Source: a virus. Taken from it: a stretch of 64,000 nucleotides of DNA. Under the pieces are notes generated by a model, which saw only the letters and a program-made list of their open reading frames with translations, searched no databases and was not told the origin of the DNA. Positions 1 through 9,647 of this stretch are shown here, piece by piece. The stretch spans positions 1 through 64,000 of IMG/VR virus record IMGVR_UViG_3300014325_000011; one strand, 5' to 3'. Each line of letters starts with the position of its first letter. The first letter of the stretch is position 1. A program made the translations under genes and the position numbers.

Positions 1-1
1 C

Positions 2-229
2 GCGTGTCTCATCTCTTGGGCGGCGACACGGGCCGCGAAGCAGGGCGTCGGCTTGGTGCGGATCGACGTGTGGTCCACCAATCATCGACTCCACGACTAC
101 TACCGGAACATGGGGTTCCGCTACCTCCGGACGGTTCCCGACACGGTGAGCGGAGCCCTCTTCGATCTTCCGGCTACGGTCGTTGCCGATCTGCCTGTCG
201 TCGAGTGTGGGTCCGTCTGCGCCGGTTGA
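2..229 (+). CDS. GNAT N-acetyltransferase, 3' part (truncated by window edge)
   Basis: Frame 2 (not in the ORF track) reads ...SWAATRAAKQGVGLVRIDVWSTNHRLHDYYRNMGFRYLR...*, matching the GNAT C-terminal N-x-x-L-x-x-YY-x-x-x-GF motif. Confidence 0.75.
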   Translation, partial: ACLISWAATRAAKQGVGLVRIDVWSTNHRLHDYYRNMGFRYLRTVPDTVSGALFDLPATVVADLPVVECGSVCAG

Positions 230-255
230 TCGCACCCCCTCATTCTACCCCAAAT

Positions 256-277
256 TCGTACGAATGTTCGATAGAAT
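256..277 (+). promoter_or_regulatory. LexA/SOS box (1 mismatch) abutting a TAGAAT -10 element
   Basis: TCGTAC-GAAT-GTTCGA (256-271) vs actinobacterial consensus TCGAAC-N4-GTTCGA; TAGAAT at 272-277. Confidence 0.6.
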
Positions 278-349
278 GAGGGCGACAACGAAACGACCCC
301 GGTAGCGCTCACGACGCGACCGGGGCCTGACAGCCACCCGGAGGCTGCC

Positions 350-1033
350 ATGACTGAGGATACCGCTTCGGGCAGTGGAGTTCGTCGATCCACGGGCGAT
401 CTAGTCGGAGTGAAGCGCTGCGCTAGGTGCGGCGAGACGAAGCCCACGCCAGAGTTCAGCCGGAACAGGAGCGCGACAGACGGCCTCCAGCGGCAATGCA
501 AGGCGTGCAATCACGATTACTACGAATCCAACCGAATGCGGATCAAGGAGTACCGCCAGGCTAACCGTGAGGTGATTAGCGAGTACCAGCGGAGGTGGGG
601 GCAGGTCAATCAGGGCAGACTCGACGAAACTAGGCGCACCTACCGTGAGGCGAATCGCGAACAGATCCGCGAGTACGGGCGCGAGCATCAAGCAACCACG
701 CGCTATGGCTTGACCCGCGCGGAACGCGACTACATCGAAGAGACGCAGTTGCGTCGGTGTGCGGCCTGTCTCGACCCGTTGGGCAGTGACGCGCAGGTCG
801 ATCATGATCACGCATGCTGTGGTCGCGAGACGTCCTGTGGTGACTGCGTTCGCGGAATTGTTTGCGGACGGTGCAACAAGATCGTTGGCCGTTACGAGAA
901 TGGTACGCTGCGCAGAACGGATTTGATCGAGCTGGCTGCCTTCTATGTCGACATGACGCCACTGCGGATGGCCGCGTTTCGGTCCGACCGCACTGACCTA
1001 CGTCGTGATGCAGAGGATGTGGGAGGGGCGTAG
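350..1033 (+). CDS. Endonuclease VII-family (HNH-like) nuclease with N-terminal Zn finger
   Basis: KRCARCGETK...CKAC; RYGLT...CAAC...VDHDH...VRGIVCGRCN; GGAGG RBS. Confidence 0.85.
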   Translation: MTEDTASGSGVRRSTGDLVGVKRCARCGETKPTPEFSRNRSATDGLQRQCKACNHDYYESNRMRIKEYRQANREVISEYQRRWGQVNQGRLDETRRTYREANREQIREYGREHQATTRYGLTRAERDYIEETQLRRCAACLDPLGSDAQVDHDHACCGRETSCGDCVRGIVCGRCNKIVGRYENGTLRRTDLIELAAFYVDMTPLRMAAFRSDRTDLRRDAEDVGGA

Positions 1034-1359
1034 CCCGAGCGTCATCCCGCAGGACCCCGGCAACTCAGACCGGCGGTAGGCGTGCCGGGTTGGCCGGTTG
1101 GGTCTCCCCCTGCTCGTCACGCCGTCGGGCGGCCTGCGGTCCCTCGCCGTCCCGCCACCGGGTGCGACAGGTGCAGCCCGCAGGTCGTGGCCCCGGTGGT
1201 CGCGGGTCGTTCTTCTCTCCTGGACGAGGCCGGGGTGGGGTTTCCCGGTCAGCCGCGACCGCTTCCCGCTCAGCACGGCAGGCCGGGCAGGGGATCGCGG
1301 CGAACCGTATGCACGGCTGTCTGGGCGGTGACGGCTCACCGTAGGCGCTCATCGTTCGG

Positions 1360-2316
1360 TCACACGGTTGCCGCCGTCGGCCAGCCACCGAGTCGGCCGA
1401 CCAGGGCGTCATACCCGCCCTTACCGCCTGCCGTCTGCGCCTGACCCCGTACCGACGCGGCCAGCCATGCAGTGGGCCTCTGGGCGGACACATCCAACGC
1501 CCGCCCGGCAAGCGCCGCACCCTCATCAAACCGGCGGCCGGCGACCGCGGCCGAAGCCCGGTAGACAAGCACCGCCGACGCCATCCCCGGAGCAGCGTGC
1601 TCGTCGAACACGGCGTCAGAGAGACGGTCCGTCGCCTCGTCAAGCCTTCCCGCTCGGATCAGGGCACAGCCGCCGAACGCGGCAAGCTGGCCGGGGCTGA
1701 ACTCGCCGGGTCGCGGTTCGGGCAGCAGCCGGGCTGCTGTGTCCGCGTCCCGCAGCACGTCGATCACGTCGGATGCGGAGCCCGGTCCTCCCCGTGCGAG
1801 GATCGCCGCCTCGATCGACGCGGCGGCGACACCAAGCCACGATGTGCCGGCGCGGCGCCGTGCGGCCCGTGTCATCTGCAACGGGATCGCAGAGTCCGGG
1901 GCAACCGCGTCGTGGACCTCTGCCGCGACGAGTGTTGCCTCAGCTTCGGTGGCCGTGTCGCCGCAGGCCCGGCCCAAAACCCGGGCTTTCTGCGCTTCGG
2001 CAAGCGCTGGAGTCGTCTCGCCCAGGTCAGCGTGGGCGCGGGCCGAGAGCAACGCAACCCGCCCCGCGGTGGCCTGCCACTTGCCGCTGCCGGCACCGAA
2101 CTGGCGGCACAGGTACGCCCAGTGGTGGGTGGCGTTGAGGACGTCGACGAGGTTCGTCGACTCCCAGCGGGCGACTATGCCGGCAACACCCGTGTCGATG
2201 TCGGTGCGGACGCTGGTCGTGCTGGCGCCGACTGTTCCTCCGGCGTTCATGAGGCCCACCGGGAGGAGAAGTCCAGCGGTGAGGATGCGGCGGCGGTCGG
2301 TGTGGTCCATGGACAT
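1360..2316 (-). CDS. Putative actinobacterial regulator-like protein (helical/TPR-like)
   Basis: DRRRIL start and Ala-rich helical body like XRE-associated C-terminal domains; AGGAG RBS. Confidence 0.45.
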   Translation of the reverse strand: MSMDHTDRRRILTAGLLLPVGLMNAGGTVGASTTSVRTDIDTGVAGIVARWESTNLVDVLNATHHWAYLCRQFGAGSGKWQATAGRVALLSARAHADLGETTPALAEAQKARVLGRACGDTATEAEATLVAAEVHDAVAPDSAIPLQMTRAARRRAGTSWLGVAAASIEAAILARGGPGSASDVIDVLRDADTAARLLPEPRPGEFSPGQLAAFGGCALIRAGRLDEATDRLSDAVFDEHAAPGMASAVLVYRASAAVAGRRFDEGAALAGRALDVSAQRPTAWLAASVRGQAQTAGGKGGYDALVGRLGGWPTAATV

Positions 2317-2385
2317 CTCCTGTCCGGTGCGGGCGGACGGTGGCACACGTGTGTCTCCCCGTGAGCGTGTGGGATCGGCGGGACG

Positions 2386-2610
2386 CTAGTCCTTGGAATC
2401 GCGGGCAGTGGCCGGGTTGAGCCGGGTGAACTGGAACAGCAACGCCTCTTCGTCCTCGACGTCCGGGCCGGCAGTGTTCAGCCCAAGCCCGGACGGAAGC
2501 GTCCGAAGACCCCAGATCAGCGCAGCCGACGGGATACGGACGGGGACACGGACATCCCAGTCGTCGGAGCCGGCGGTGTGGGTTATGACGACGACCGACG
2601 GGCCGTTCAC
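2386..2610 (-). CDS. hypothetical protein
   Basis: Coupled to the upstream ORF by a 4-nt overlap. Confidence 0.5.
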   Translation of the reverse strand: MNGPSVVVITHTAGSDDWDVRVPVRIPSAALIWGLRTLPSGLGLNTAGPDVEDEEALLFQFTRLNPATARDSKD

Positions 2611-3035
2611 GACGACGCCCCATACAGGTCCGGCTGTGAGCCGGCAGCGTCCGGCGTCGTCTCGCCATCCGGCTGTGTGCCGACGATCGCGGCGAGCCCG
2701 GCCTCAAGGTTCAGCGTGGCCAGGTCTGCACCCAGGTCCGCGCGGTCCGCGGCGAGCATCCGGTCAACGACGCCGTCCGGCTCGTCCGGCTCGAACACCA
2801 GTAGCGCCATTCCAGAGCCGTCATCAGGTCGGGTGTCGACGAGCCGCACCCCGCCGGGTAGGTACATGGACAGGCCGCGGACCAGGTCCAACACTGATGT
2901 GCCGATCGCGATTCGGGCTTCCCAGCCATCGGTCACGTGGCTGTGCCAGATCGAGAATCCGCCGTCGCGGGACGTTCGCTGTGGTCTGGGCGTGGACTGG
3001 TCCGGCGCAGGGTCCGTCGGGGATGATGTGGACAT
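2607..3035 (-). CDS. hypothetical protein
   Basis: GGAGGG RBS, coding-like composition. Confidence 0.55.
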   Translation of the reverse strand: MSTSSPTDPAPDQSTPRPQRTSRDGGFSIWHSHVTDGWEARIAIGTSVLDLVRGLSMYLPGGVRLVDTRPDDGSGMALLVFEPDEPDGVVDRMLAADRADLGADLATLNLEAGLAAIVGTQPDGETTPDAAGSQPDLYGASS

Positions 3036-3212
3036 ACGGCGCCCTCCGATGGCGTCGTGCCCCGGGTCGGCCCGCCAGCCTGCCCGGGGCTTTTCTGTCT
3101 CAAAGCAACGCGACCGTTGCGGCGCGCGACTGGGACGTCAGGTTAGCGCGTCGAGGACCATGTCGGAAGTACGTACGGGGGAACCGCACGGTCAGCCCCA
3201 GCGTGTGAACCT

Positions 3213-3473
3213 GTGGACAGCACCGACGGGCAGGGGGCAGACGACGGCCGGGCAGCCCCAGGCGAGCTGATCACCATTGCCGAGATTCGGCTGTGGCTGG
3301 GCGTGGCGAAGACCCGCGCCTACCACTTCTCGCGCTATCGGGACTTCCCGGCGCCGTGGTGGACGTCCGTGGACGGGCGCGTGAGGGTATGGCGCCGGCG
3401 AGATGTGGAGCCATGGCTCGACCGCAACAGACCCGGGTGGCGTGCGGAACGGGACAACACGGACATCTCGTGA
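3213..3473 (+). CDS. AlpA/excisionase-like HTH DNA-binding protein
   Basis: LITIAEIRLWLGVAKTRAY...DFPAP...RVWRRRDVEPWL. Confidence 0.75.
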   Translation: MDSTDGQGADDGRAAPGELITIAEIRLWLGVAKTRAYHFSRYRDFPAPWWTSVDGRVRVWRRRDVEPWLDRNRPGWRAERDNTDIS

Positions 3474-3551
3474 CGCGACACGCACTTTCGGTTTGTGTTG
3501 TTCCGGGCTGCCCGCCCTACCGTCAGGGACAACCAGCAACCCGGAGGACGC

Positions 3552-4064
3552 ATGCGATTGTCACGCTTCACCACCTACCTGATGGGGCAGATCGCCGAGG
3601 CCGCTGACCCGGCAATCGACGTGGCGGTCACGTTCGCCGACGACACCGACCAGTTCCACGACAAGCCTGCTGGGGTCCGGTTCCGGTTCACAACAGGGGC
3701 GCAGATCTACGTTCAGACCGTGCGGGCCAGCCCGCCCGGCGGCGACGTGGGTGGCGAGCGGATCGTCGAAGGCGCCGCCGCGTTGCCCCCCGTCGCACTA
3801 CCCAACCTCGACGTGACGTCAGGCAAGGTCGACGTGGCACGTTTTGAGAACTGGCTCGCCGCGGTTGTCACCAACGGCGGCTCCCGGGAGATCGCACGGG
3901 TGCGCCGCTACTCGCGTGGCGAAGGAAAGTCCGCCGCCCGGCGGCCCGGTGTCGGTGTCGACTTCCACTCCGGGACGGAAATCTGCCTGCTTTTCGTCTA
4001 CGCACTGTCTGCGGGTCAGCCCCTACGGGCAGATCGCGAGTACATCACCACGGAAAGGATCTGA
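3552..4064 (+). CDS. hypothetical protein
   Basis: GGAGG RBS before ATG 3552. Confidence 0.6.
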   Translation: MRLSRFTTYLMGQIAEAADPAIDVAVTFADDTDQFHDKPAGVRFRFTTGAQIYVQTVRASPPGGDVGGERIVEGAAALPPVALPNLDVTSGKVDVARFENWLAAVVTNGGSREIARVRRYSRGEGKSAARRPGVGVDFHSGTEICLLFVYALSAGQPLRADREYITTERI

Positions 4065-4069
4065 TCGTC

Positions 4070-4258
4070 GTGCCTAGGTGGGGTAGGCAGCCAGATCCGG
4101 ACGAGGCCGATCCGGAGTATGACGACGGACGTGCCAAGGGTCAGTGGGCGACGTGTGGCGCATGCGATTCGACGGTGTGGGCAACTGCTGGGGTCATTTC
4201 GGATCACCAGCATCCGAAGACTCGGCGGACCTGTCCGGGGACCGGCTCGCACGTCTAG
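4070..4258 (+). CDS. small Zn-ribbon protein
   Basis: GAAAGGA RBS; CGAC...H...CPGTG. Confidence 0.5.
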   Translation: MPRWGRQPDPDEADPEYDDGRAKGQWATCGACDSTVWATAGVISDHQHPKTRRTCPGTGSHV

Positions 4259-4293
4259 CGTCCTCCGGCTGGAGGGCCGTTCACCTGCCCCCA

Positions 4294-4309
4294 TCGAACC
4301 CGTGTTCGA
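4294..4309. promoter_or_regulatory. Perfect LexA/SOS box
   Basis: TCGAAC-CCGT-GTTCGA, intergenic, upstream of the lipoprotein gene. Confidence 0.7.
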
Positions 4310-4386
4310 TCGGTCACCCCCGGTGGCTGTCTTGTGAGCAAACGTGCGCTACCTTCCCCCCGCCAACATCGCAAGGGGGAATGCAC

Positions 4387-4812
4387 ATGCCACGCAACGA
4401 CCACAGACGCTGGACGATGCTCGCCGCCGCCGGGCTCGCCGCTGCCAGTCTCGCAGCCTGCAAGACCTCCACCGGGGCCAGCGCCTCCACCTCAACCGGT
4501 GGGGCGACCGCGAAGGCCAGCGCCGGACCGGCGCACTCGGAGGACGTCGCCATCACCGCCTGCGCGCCCGACGATGCAGGGTTCGCGGCGGCAAAGGTGG
4601 TCGTCACCAACCACTCGTCGAAGGCGTCGAACTACATCGTCAACATCGTGATGGAATCGCCCGACGGCAAAACCCAGATCGGCACCGGACTCGTCTCCGT
4701 CAACGGCCTCGCACCCGGACAGGCATCCTCCCCGCAGGACGCCTCCAGCCTGCAAACCGCCAATGGCCCCTACACCTGCCGGGTTGGGGACATCACCCGG
4801 TACGCGGCCTGA
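4387..4812 (+). CDS. Lipoprotein (FxLYD-like Ig-fold domain)
   Basis: Signal peptide with LAAC lipobox, Ser/Thr linker, VVTNHSSKASNY...NGLAPGQ. Confidence 0.7.
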   Translation: MPRNDHRRWTMLAAAGLAAASLAACKTSTGASASTSTGGATAKASAGPAHSEDVAITACAPDDAGFAAAKVVVTNHSSKASNYIVNIVMESPDGKTQIGTGLVSVNGLAPGQASSPQDASSLQTANGPYTCRVGDITRYAA

Positions 4813-4815
4813 CGT

Positions 4816-5412
4816 TCAACCTTGACGGTCGAAAGTTGAACGGCCGCCGTCTGCGTTCAAGGTTTGCCCGTCTTCCTTGAACGTGGACGGCCGGTCGGCC
4901 TCCCGGGCTAGATCATGCAGCACCGCAAGATGCTCCACAGCGGTCGCGATCGTCTCGGCGCTGATCGGCTTCGCTGGCGCGTTCGGAAAGACCGCGGCGA
5001 GCAACTTCCACAGCCAAACCGTCAGGTCTTCCATGCCGATCGGCTCCGGACGGTCCCCGGCCGCGATCTCCGCTTCAAGCTGGCGGCACCGCTGGCGGAT
5101 CTTCTCCCTGCGGGCCTCCGGTATCCGCTCCCACGGAACTGTCATCGACCGCACGAGTCGAAGAAGGTCGCCTTCAGTCTCGGCCAGCGCGGCGCGCAGC
5201 CGCTCGATCTCGCCGGTCGGACGCCACGACTCGGGTTCGACGCTCGGCGCCGGCTCCCAGCCGTCCTCCGCGCAGTCGACGACGTGTCCGCCGCACATCA
5301 CCCCGAAGTCGGCGGCCGTCTCCATCAGCGCGTCCGACAGTGAGTCCCACAGGCCGAACGGGATCGGCTCGGTTTCGATGCGGGCCAGCACCCGGCGGCG
5401 AGGATCACCCAT
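4816..5412 (-). CDS. hypothetical phage protein
   Basis: Last gene of the coupled minus-strand operon. Confidence 0.55.
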   Translation of the reverse strand: MGDPRRRVLARIETEPIPFGLWDSLSDALMETAADFGVMCGGHVVDCAEDGWEPAPSVEPESWRPTGEIERLRAALAETEGDLLRLVRSMTVPWERIPEARREKIRQRCRQLEAEIAAGDRPEPIGMEDLTVWLWKLLAAVFPNAPAKPISAETIATAVEHLAVLHDLAREADRPSTFKEDGQTLNADGGRSTFDRQG

Positions 5413-7224
5413 CACGCCAATCCTCCCCATTCAAGATCCGGCGCACCCGGTAGGCGGCCACCATGCGACCCGACGCCTCCATGGCTACGACCAGGTTCGA
5501 CGTACCGCGGGCCTTCGACGCTTCCGCTTCCAAAGCCTCAACTAGGGCGATCAGCTCCGAGCGGAGCGCAGCCTCGGACGGCGACATCGTCAATCCTCCC
5601 AAGCCCGCATCTTGCGTAGCCGGTACGCGGCTTGCTGCAATACCTCGGTGAGCCAGTCAGAGACATCCGACGGCTCGGGATTGCCGTAGTCCCAGCCCTC
5701 AAGCAGGCGCCACAGGGCCCGCAGGTTCTCCGGCGTTCCGGCAACGGTCTCCGGCTCGACGAAGCCCTCCGCCTGCCACTCGCCGATCTGGCGGCGGCGC
5801 CAGACATGCACCGTCGGCGCGCCGTTCCACATCGGCCGGTCACACGGCTCACCGGAAAGGAAAGCGGCGCCGTTGGCGTGGTAAGACCAACAGCCCGACA
5901 CCGACCCGTCCGGGTTCCGGTGACCCCACTCGACATGGTCCACCGGACTCGGCTCCCACTCGGCCATCAGACCAGCCCCCCGATCGCCCGGACCAGCCAG
6001 ACCGACAGCCACACCGAGCCGTAGACCACCGCCAGCATGGTCGGAACGCCGACCGCGGCGACCATCGACCAGGCGAAGACTTGGGCAGCGAGCGGCGGAC
6101 GTTTCGGCTCCGGTTTCGCACGCAGTTCGCAGACATCAGCCATCGAGGGCTCCATTCACACTGTCCGGCGGGTCGAGGTCGACCAGCTCCCAGCCCGCCT
6201 CGGTCTCGATCTCGGCCATCGCGAGCACCGGGCGCGGAGTCAGATCTACGCCGTACAGGATCGTCTCCGCCTGCCGAGTTGATGTTGTCAACGTCAGGCC
6301 TGTGACCGTCGAGCCCAGTTCCGCGTGCCAGCCGAGACGTACCGAGGCGACGATCAGACGGCCGATCCGACGGCCCGCCTCGAACACGGTGTGGGCACGG
6401 CGGATCGTGGTCGAACGCAGATCAGCCATCGGAGGTCTCCGGAAGGACCACCCGAACCGTCATCTCCAGACGGGTACCCGGGGGGAAGTCGGCGGCCACC
6501 GCATACCAACCCTCACCAGAGACACGGACATGACCGACATCCTCGCTGTTGGGCGGAACGAACCGCATCGGGCCGACCTTGCCCACAAAGCCAGACAGGA
6601 GTTCCGAGACAACCAGCGTCGTCGTATGCGCAGGAAGATCCGGAGACACGCGGGCACGTCTGTGGTCTTGGCACAGCCAGGTATCCCGATCGGCCAGCAT
6701 CTTCGCGTTATCCCCACCGAGCGCCGCAGGCCACCGGAAGGTCTCAGAACATCCGGGGAAGGTGCAGCGGTACACGATGTAGTGCGGGGAACGGCTACCC
6801 ATCAGCCGGCCCTTTGCCACTCGTCGCCGTCGAGCAGCACCGGCGAGCCCGGAAGCGACGCCACCTCACCCCACGGCTCGGGATCGGCGGCCGGCTCCGG
6901 CTGGGCCTCGACCATCGGGGCCACGTACTCCCAGATCGGCCGTTCCATCTCCTTGCCGATACTGAACCGCCACAGGCGAAGCTGCTGGATCACAGCCGTC
7001 TTCGACGGGGTAAGCCCGGCGCCGAGCATCTGGGCGACAGCCTTCCGCGCGGCCTCCAACATGATGTCCGGGATCGGAACACCGTCCGGCGTCTTCGGGA
7101 TCGACGCCTCGGCGAGCCTCACCAGATCGGCGAGGTCCACGCGGATCGCCTCCCCCTCGGCCATATGGGCGTCATAACGGGCAGCCAGGCGACGAACAGC
7201 GGCGAGGACATCGCTGTCAGACAT
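5405..7224 (-). other. Run of coupled small hypothetical CDSs (5405-5587, 5590-5967, 5967-6143, 6136-6429, 6422-6802, 6802-7224)
   Basis: Abutting or overlapping start/stop codons with GGAGG-like RBSs. Confidence 0.6.
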
Positions 7225-8104
7225 CGTCGTCACCCTGCCTGCGCGCAACCTCGGTCGCCCGCGGGAACGGCTCGTTGTCCTTCCACACCAGAAGACTGAT
7301 CGTCCGGTCCTCCAACCAAGCGTTCCAGCCCTTGATGTAGGCCGCCAGCAGCGCGCGAGTTTCCGCCTTCCGCGGCACCATCGCCTCGCGGATCAGCCGA
7401 TTCCGCAGCACCCGGATCGGGCTGTTCTCCGTCAGATCCGCACCGTCCATCAGTGGACCCCAAAACACCGAAGCCCGGTCCGGCGCCGCCTGCGCGATGA
7501 TCCAGTAGGCCGCCGACGCCGTCGAGATCCGCGCGGGGATCATCTTCCGCAGCGCCCGGCCCTGCCGGATCGCCGTGTCCAACGACTCGCCATGCTCGTC
7601 AACAAACGCCAGCACCTGCGACAACGATCCGCGCCGAGCCATGCCCTGCTTTCGGCCCAACGTGTTGTTCACATAGCCCCAGCACAACTGCGCCGTCGCC
7701 GCGATGTTGTTCGGATCGGTGACGCCGCGAAGCTGCAACACGTTGCCCGTCGTACGACTGGCACCCTGATCCATCGTGTCCTGCGACTGCGGCGGCAGAC
7801 CCACTGCCAGGACGAACGGCAACGTCACCCGGGCGCGGACCAGCGCCATCAGACGATGCTGACCATCCAGCAGCGTGCCATTGATGTCGAACCGGATCGT
7901 GTCGCCGTTGAACTGCCACTCGCCGCGGGCCATCTCCCCGGCGTAGGTGTCGATCCGGCTCGGCCGGGTCTTCCGGTTGTGCAGGTTGCGAGCCTCCAAC
8001 CAGTAGGCGGCCATCTCCGGGGAGACGTCGACGATCCGAACATCCGGCGTCGGACTGATCGTCCGGTCGATTGTGCGAAGGGGTTCGGCGTGCAGCGCGG
8101 TCAT
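7217..8104 (-). CDS. ParB-like (DGQHR) protein
   Basis: VSPEMAAYWL..N.HNR...YAGEMARGEWQFNGDTIRFD..G.LLDGQHRL; AGGAG RBS. Confidence 0.75.
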   Translation of the reverse strand: MTALHAEPLRTIDRTISPTPDVRIVDVSPEMAAYWLEARNLHNRKTRPSRIDTYAGEMARGEWQFNGDTIRFDINGTLLDGQHRLMALVRARVTLPFVLAVGLPPQSQDTMDQGASRTTGNVLQLRGVTDPNNIAATAQLCWGYVNNTLGRKQGMARRGSLSQVLAFVDEHGESLDTAIRQGRALRKMIPARISTASAAYWIIAQAAPDRASVFWGPLMDGADLTENSPIRVLRNRLIREAMVPRKAETRALLAAYIKGWNAWLEDRTISLLVWKDNEPFPRATEVARRQGDDDV

Positions 8105-8135
8105 GACAACTCCTAGAACCGTTGATGCGGGCGGG

Positions 8136-8651
8136 TTAGAAGGGAGGTTGATCCGAATACGACCCGGTGGGCGCGGGCTGTGACCACGGGTCGTCCGCGG
8201 GTGCCGGACCCTGCTGGCCATAGCCCTGGGCCGGACCCTGCGACTGCTGGCCATAACCCTGGCCGTTGTCCTGCGACGGGCCGCCGCGGGCCGCGCGCTG
8301 CACCTTCGCCGTGGCATACCTGAGACTCGGGCCGATCTCGTCGACGTCCAGCTCGAAGACGGTGCGCTTCTCACCCTCACGGGTCTCGAACGAGCGCTGC
8401 TTGAGCCGCCCCTGGACGATGACCCGGGCGCCCTTCGTCAGCGACTCCGCGACGTGCTCGGCCGCCTGCCGCCAGATCGAGCAGCGCAAGAACAGCGCCT
8501 CGCCGTCCTTATATTCGTTCGTCGCCTTGTCCAGCACCCGGGGTGTCGAGGCCACGGTGAAGCTAGCTACCGCAGCCCCGTTTGGCGTAAAGCGAAGCTC
8601 GGGATCGGATGTCAGGTTGCCCACCACTGTGATGACGGTTTCACCGGCCAT
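8136..8651 (-). CDS. ssb: Single-stranded DNA-binding protein
   Basis: [31 protein letters not shown]...; DDPW...DQPPF tail. Confidence 0.97.
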   Translation of the reverse strand: MAGETVITVVGNLTSDPELRFTPNGAAVASFTVASTPRVLDKATNEYKDGEALFLRCSIWRQAAEHVAESLTKGARVIVQGRLKQRSFETREGEKRTVFELDVDEIGPSLRYATAKVQRAARGGPSQDNGQGYGQQSQGPAQGYGQQGPAPADDPWSQPAPTGSYSDQPPF

Positions 8652-8653
8652 GT

Positions 8654-9187
8654 CTAACTCGCCTTCCTGGTTGAACGCCGACCACGCGGCGGATCGATGC
8701 GGACGGGGCCCCCGACATGACCCCACGTCCGCCCGTTGACAATGTTGGAGACGCTTGCCACGCTGACCACATATTCAACCGCCAGCGAGACGATCATCTC
8801 GCCAGCAGCGAACCGGTCCCGAATCCGGATGATGTCCTCTTCGGTCAGCTTGGCCTTTGCGTTGCGGCTGCCCCTCGCACCCCGGATGCCAGCTCGGCCC
8901 TTGAGGTGCATGTCCAGAGTGTTGTCGCGGGGCGTCCCGAGGAAGAGATGCTCTGGCCGCACACAGGGCGGGTTGTCGCAACGGTGTAGTACCCACAGAC
9001 CATCGGGGATGGGGCCGTTCGACAGCTCCCACGACACTCGATGTGCTGCCAGGCTCTCACCGTAGAAGGTGAGCTTGCCATACCCAGCCGGGGTCGTTGC
9101 TGCCGTCCACTCCCAGCACTCCGTATCCTTCTGCACTTGGTGCCAGAAGTGCTCGCTGAATCTCGCCTGCCAGCTACACTGAGCCAT
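8654..9187 (-). CDS. HNH homing endonuclease
   Basis: CWEW...GYG...AHRVSW...[22 protein letters not shown]; AKLTEED HTH tail. Confidence 0.92.
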   Translation of the reverse strand: MAQCSWQARFSEHFWHQVQKDTECWEWTAATTPAGYGKLTFYGESLAAHRVSWELSNGPIPDGLWVLHRCDNPPCVRPEHLFLGTPRDNTLDMHLKGRAGIRGARGSRNAKAKLTEEDIIRIRDRFAAGEMIVSLAVEYVVSVASVSNIVNGRTWGHVGGPVRIDPPRGRRSTRKAS

Positions 9188-9261
9188 GCGATACGCCTCC
9201 CTTTCAGGCTGTCGAAGTGGCCTGCGGCGGGTTCTCCGGTCCGCCGCAGGCTGCGTATAAC

Positions 9262-9618
9262 TCAGACTCGGACGGGCACCTGTCGGAGCCGTTTTCGGGC
9301 GAGGGTGCGCAGGGCAAGGCGGGTCATCTGGTTCTTCAGGTACACCGCATGTTCTCCCGCGGGAAGCGTGGCCATCAGGTTATGCATGTACCGGATGCCC
9401 CCATCCCCGTAGGCATTCCAGCCCCATGAGCAGAACCACCGATGGCCGCAGTGGGAGCAGACATACGCCGCGCACCAGCCATCCTCCCCGCGGTTCCACC
9501 ACTCGACGTCGTTCCACAAGGCCACGGCCTTCGGAACCTCCGCCTCGTCCCAGCCATACAGGCAGCCCTCGGGGCAGCGATCCGAGAACGGTGGCGGCAC
9601 GAACTCTCCCACGGCCAC
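9262..9618 (-). CDS. hypothetical Cys/Trp-rich protein
   Basis: CPEGC...CSHCGHRW; preceded by an SOS-like box and TAGAAT. Confidence 0.5.
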   Translation of the reverse strand: MAVGEFVPPPFSDRCPEGCLYGWDEAEVPKAVALWNDVEWWNRGEDGWCAAYVCSHCGHRWFCSWGWNAYGDGGIRYMHNLMATLPAGEHAVYLKNQMTRLALRTLARKRLRQVPVRV

Positions 9619-9619
9619 T

Positions 9620-9647
9620 ATTCTATTCCTCTCGAACGTCAGTTCGC
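9620..9647 (-). promoter_or_regulatory. LexA/SOS-like box (1 mismatch) plus TAGAAT -10
   Basis: Minus strand GCGAAC-TGAC-GTTCGA (9647-9632) followed by GAGGAA-TAGAAT. Confidence 0.5.

Noticed and set aside
3213-3473. Prophage boundary or att site near the excisionase-like gene
   Set aside because: No integrase, tRNA target or host housekeeping gene is visible
7217-8104. Plasmid ParABS partition system
   Set aside because: No ParA seen; this DGQHR family is common in phages without a partition role
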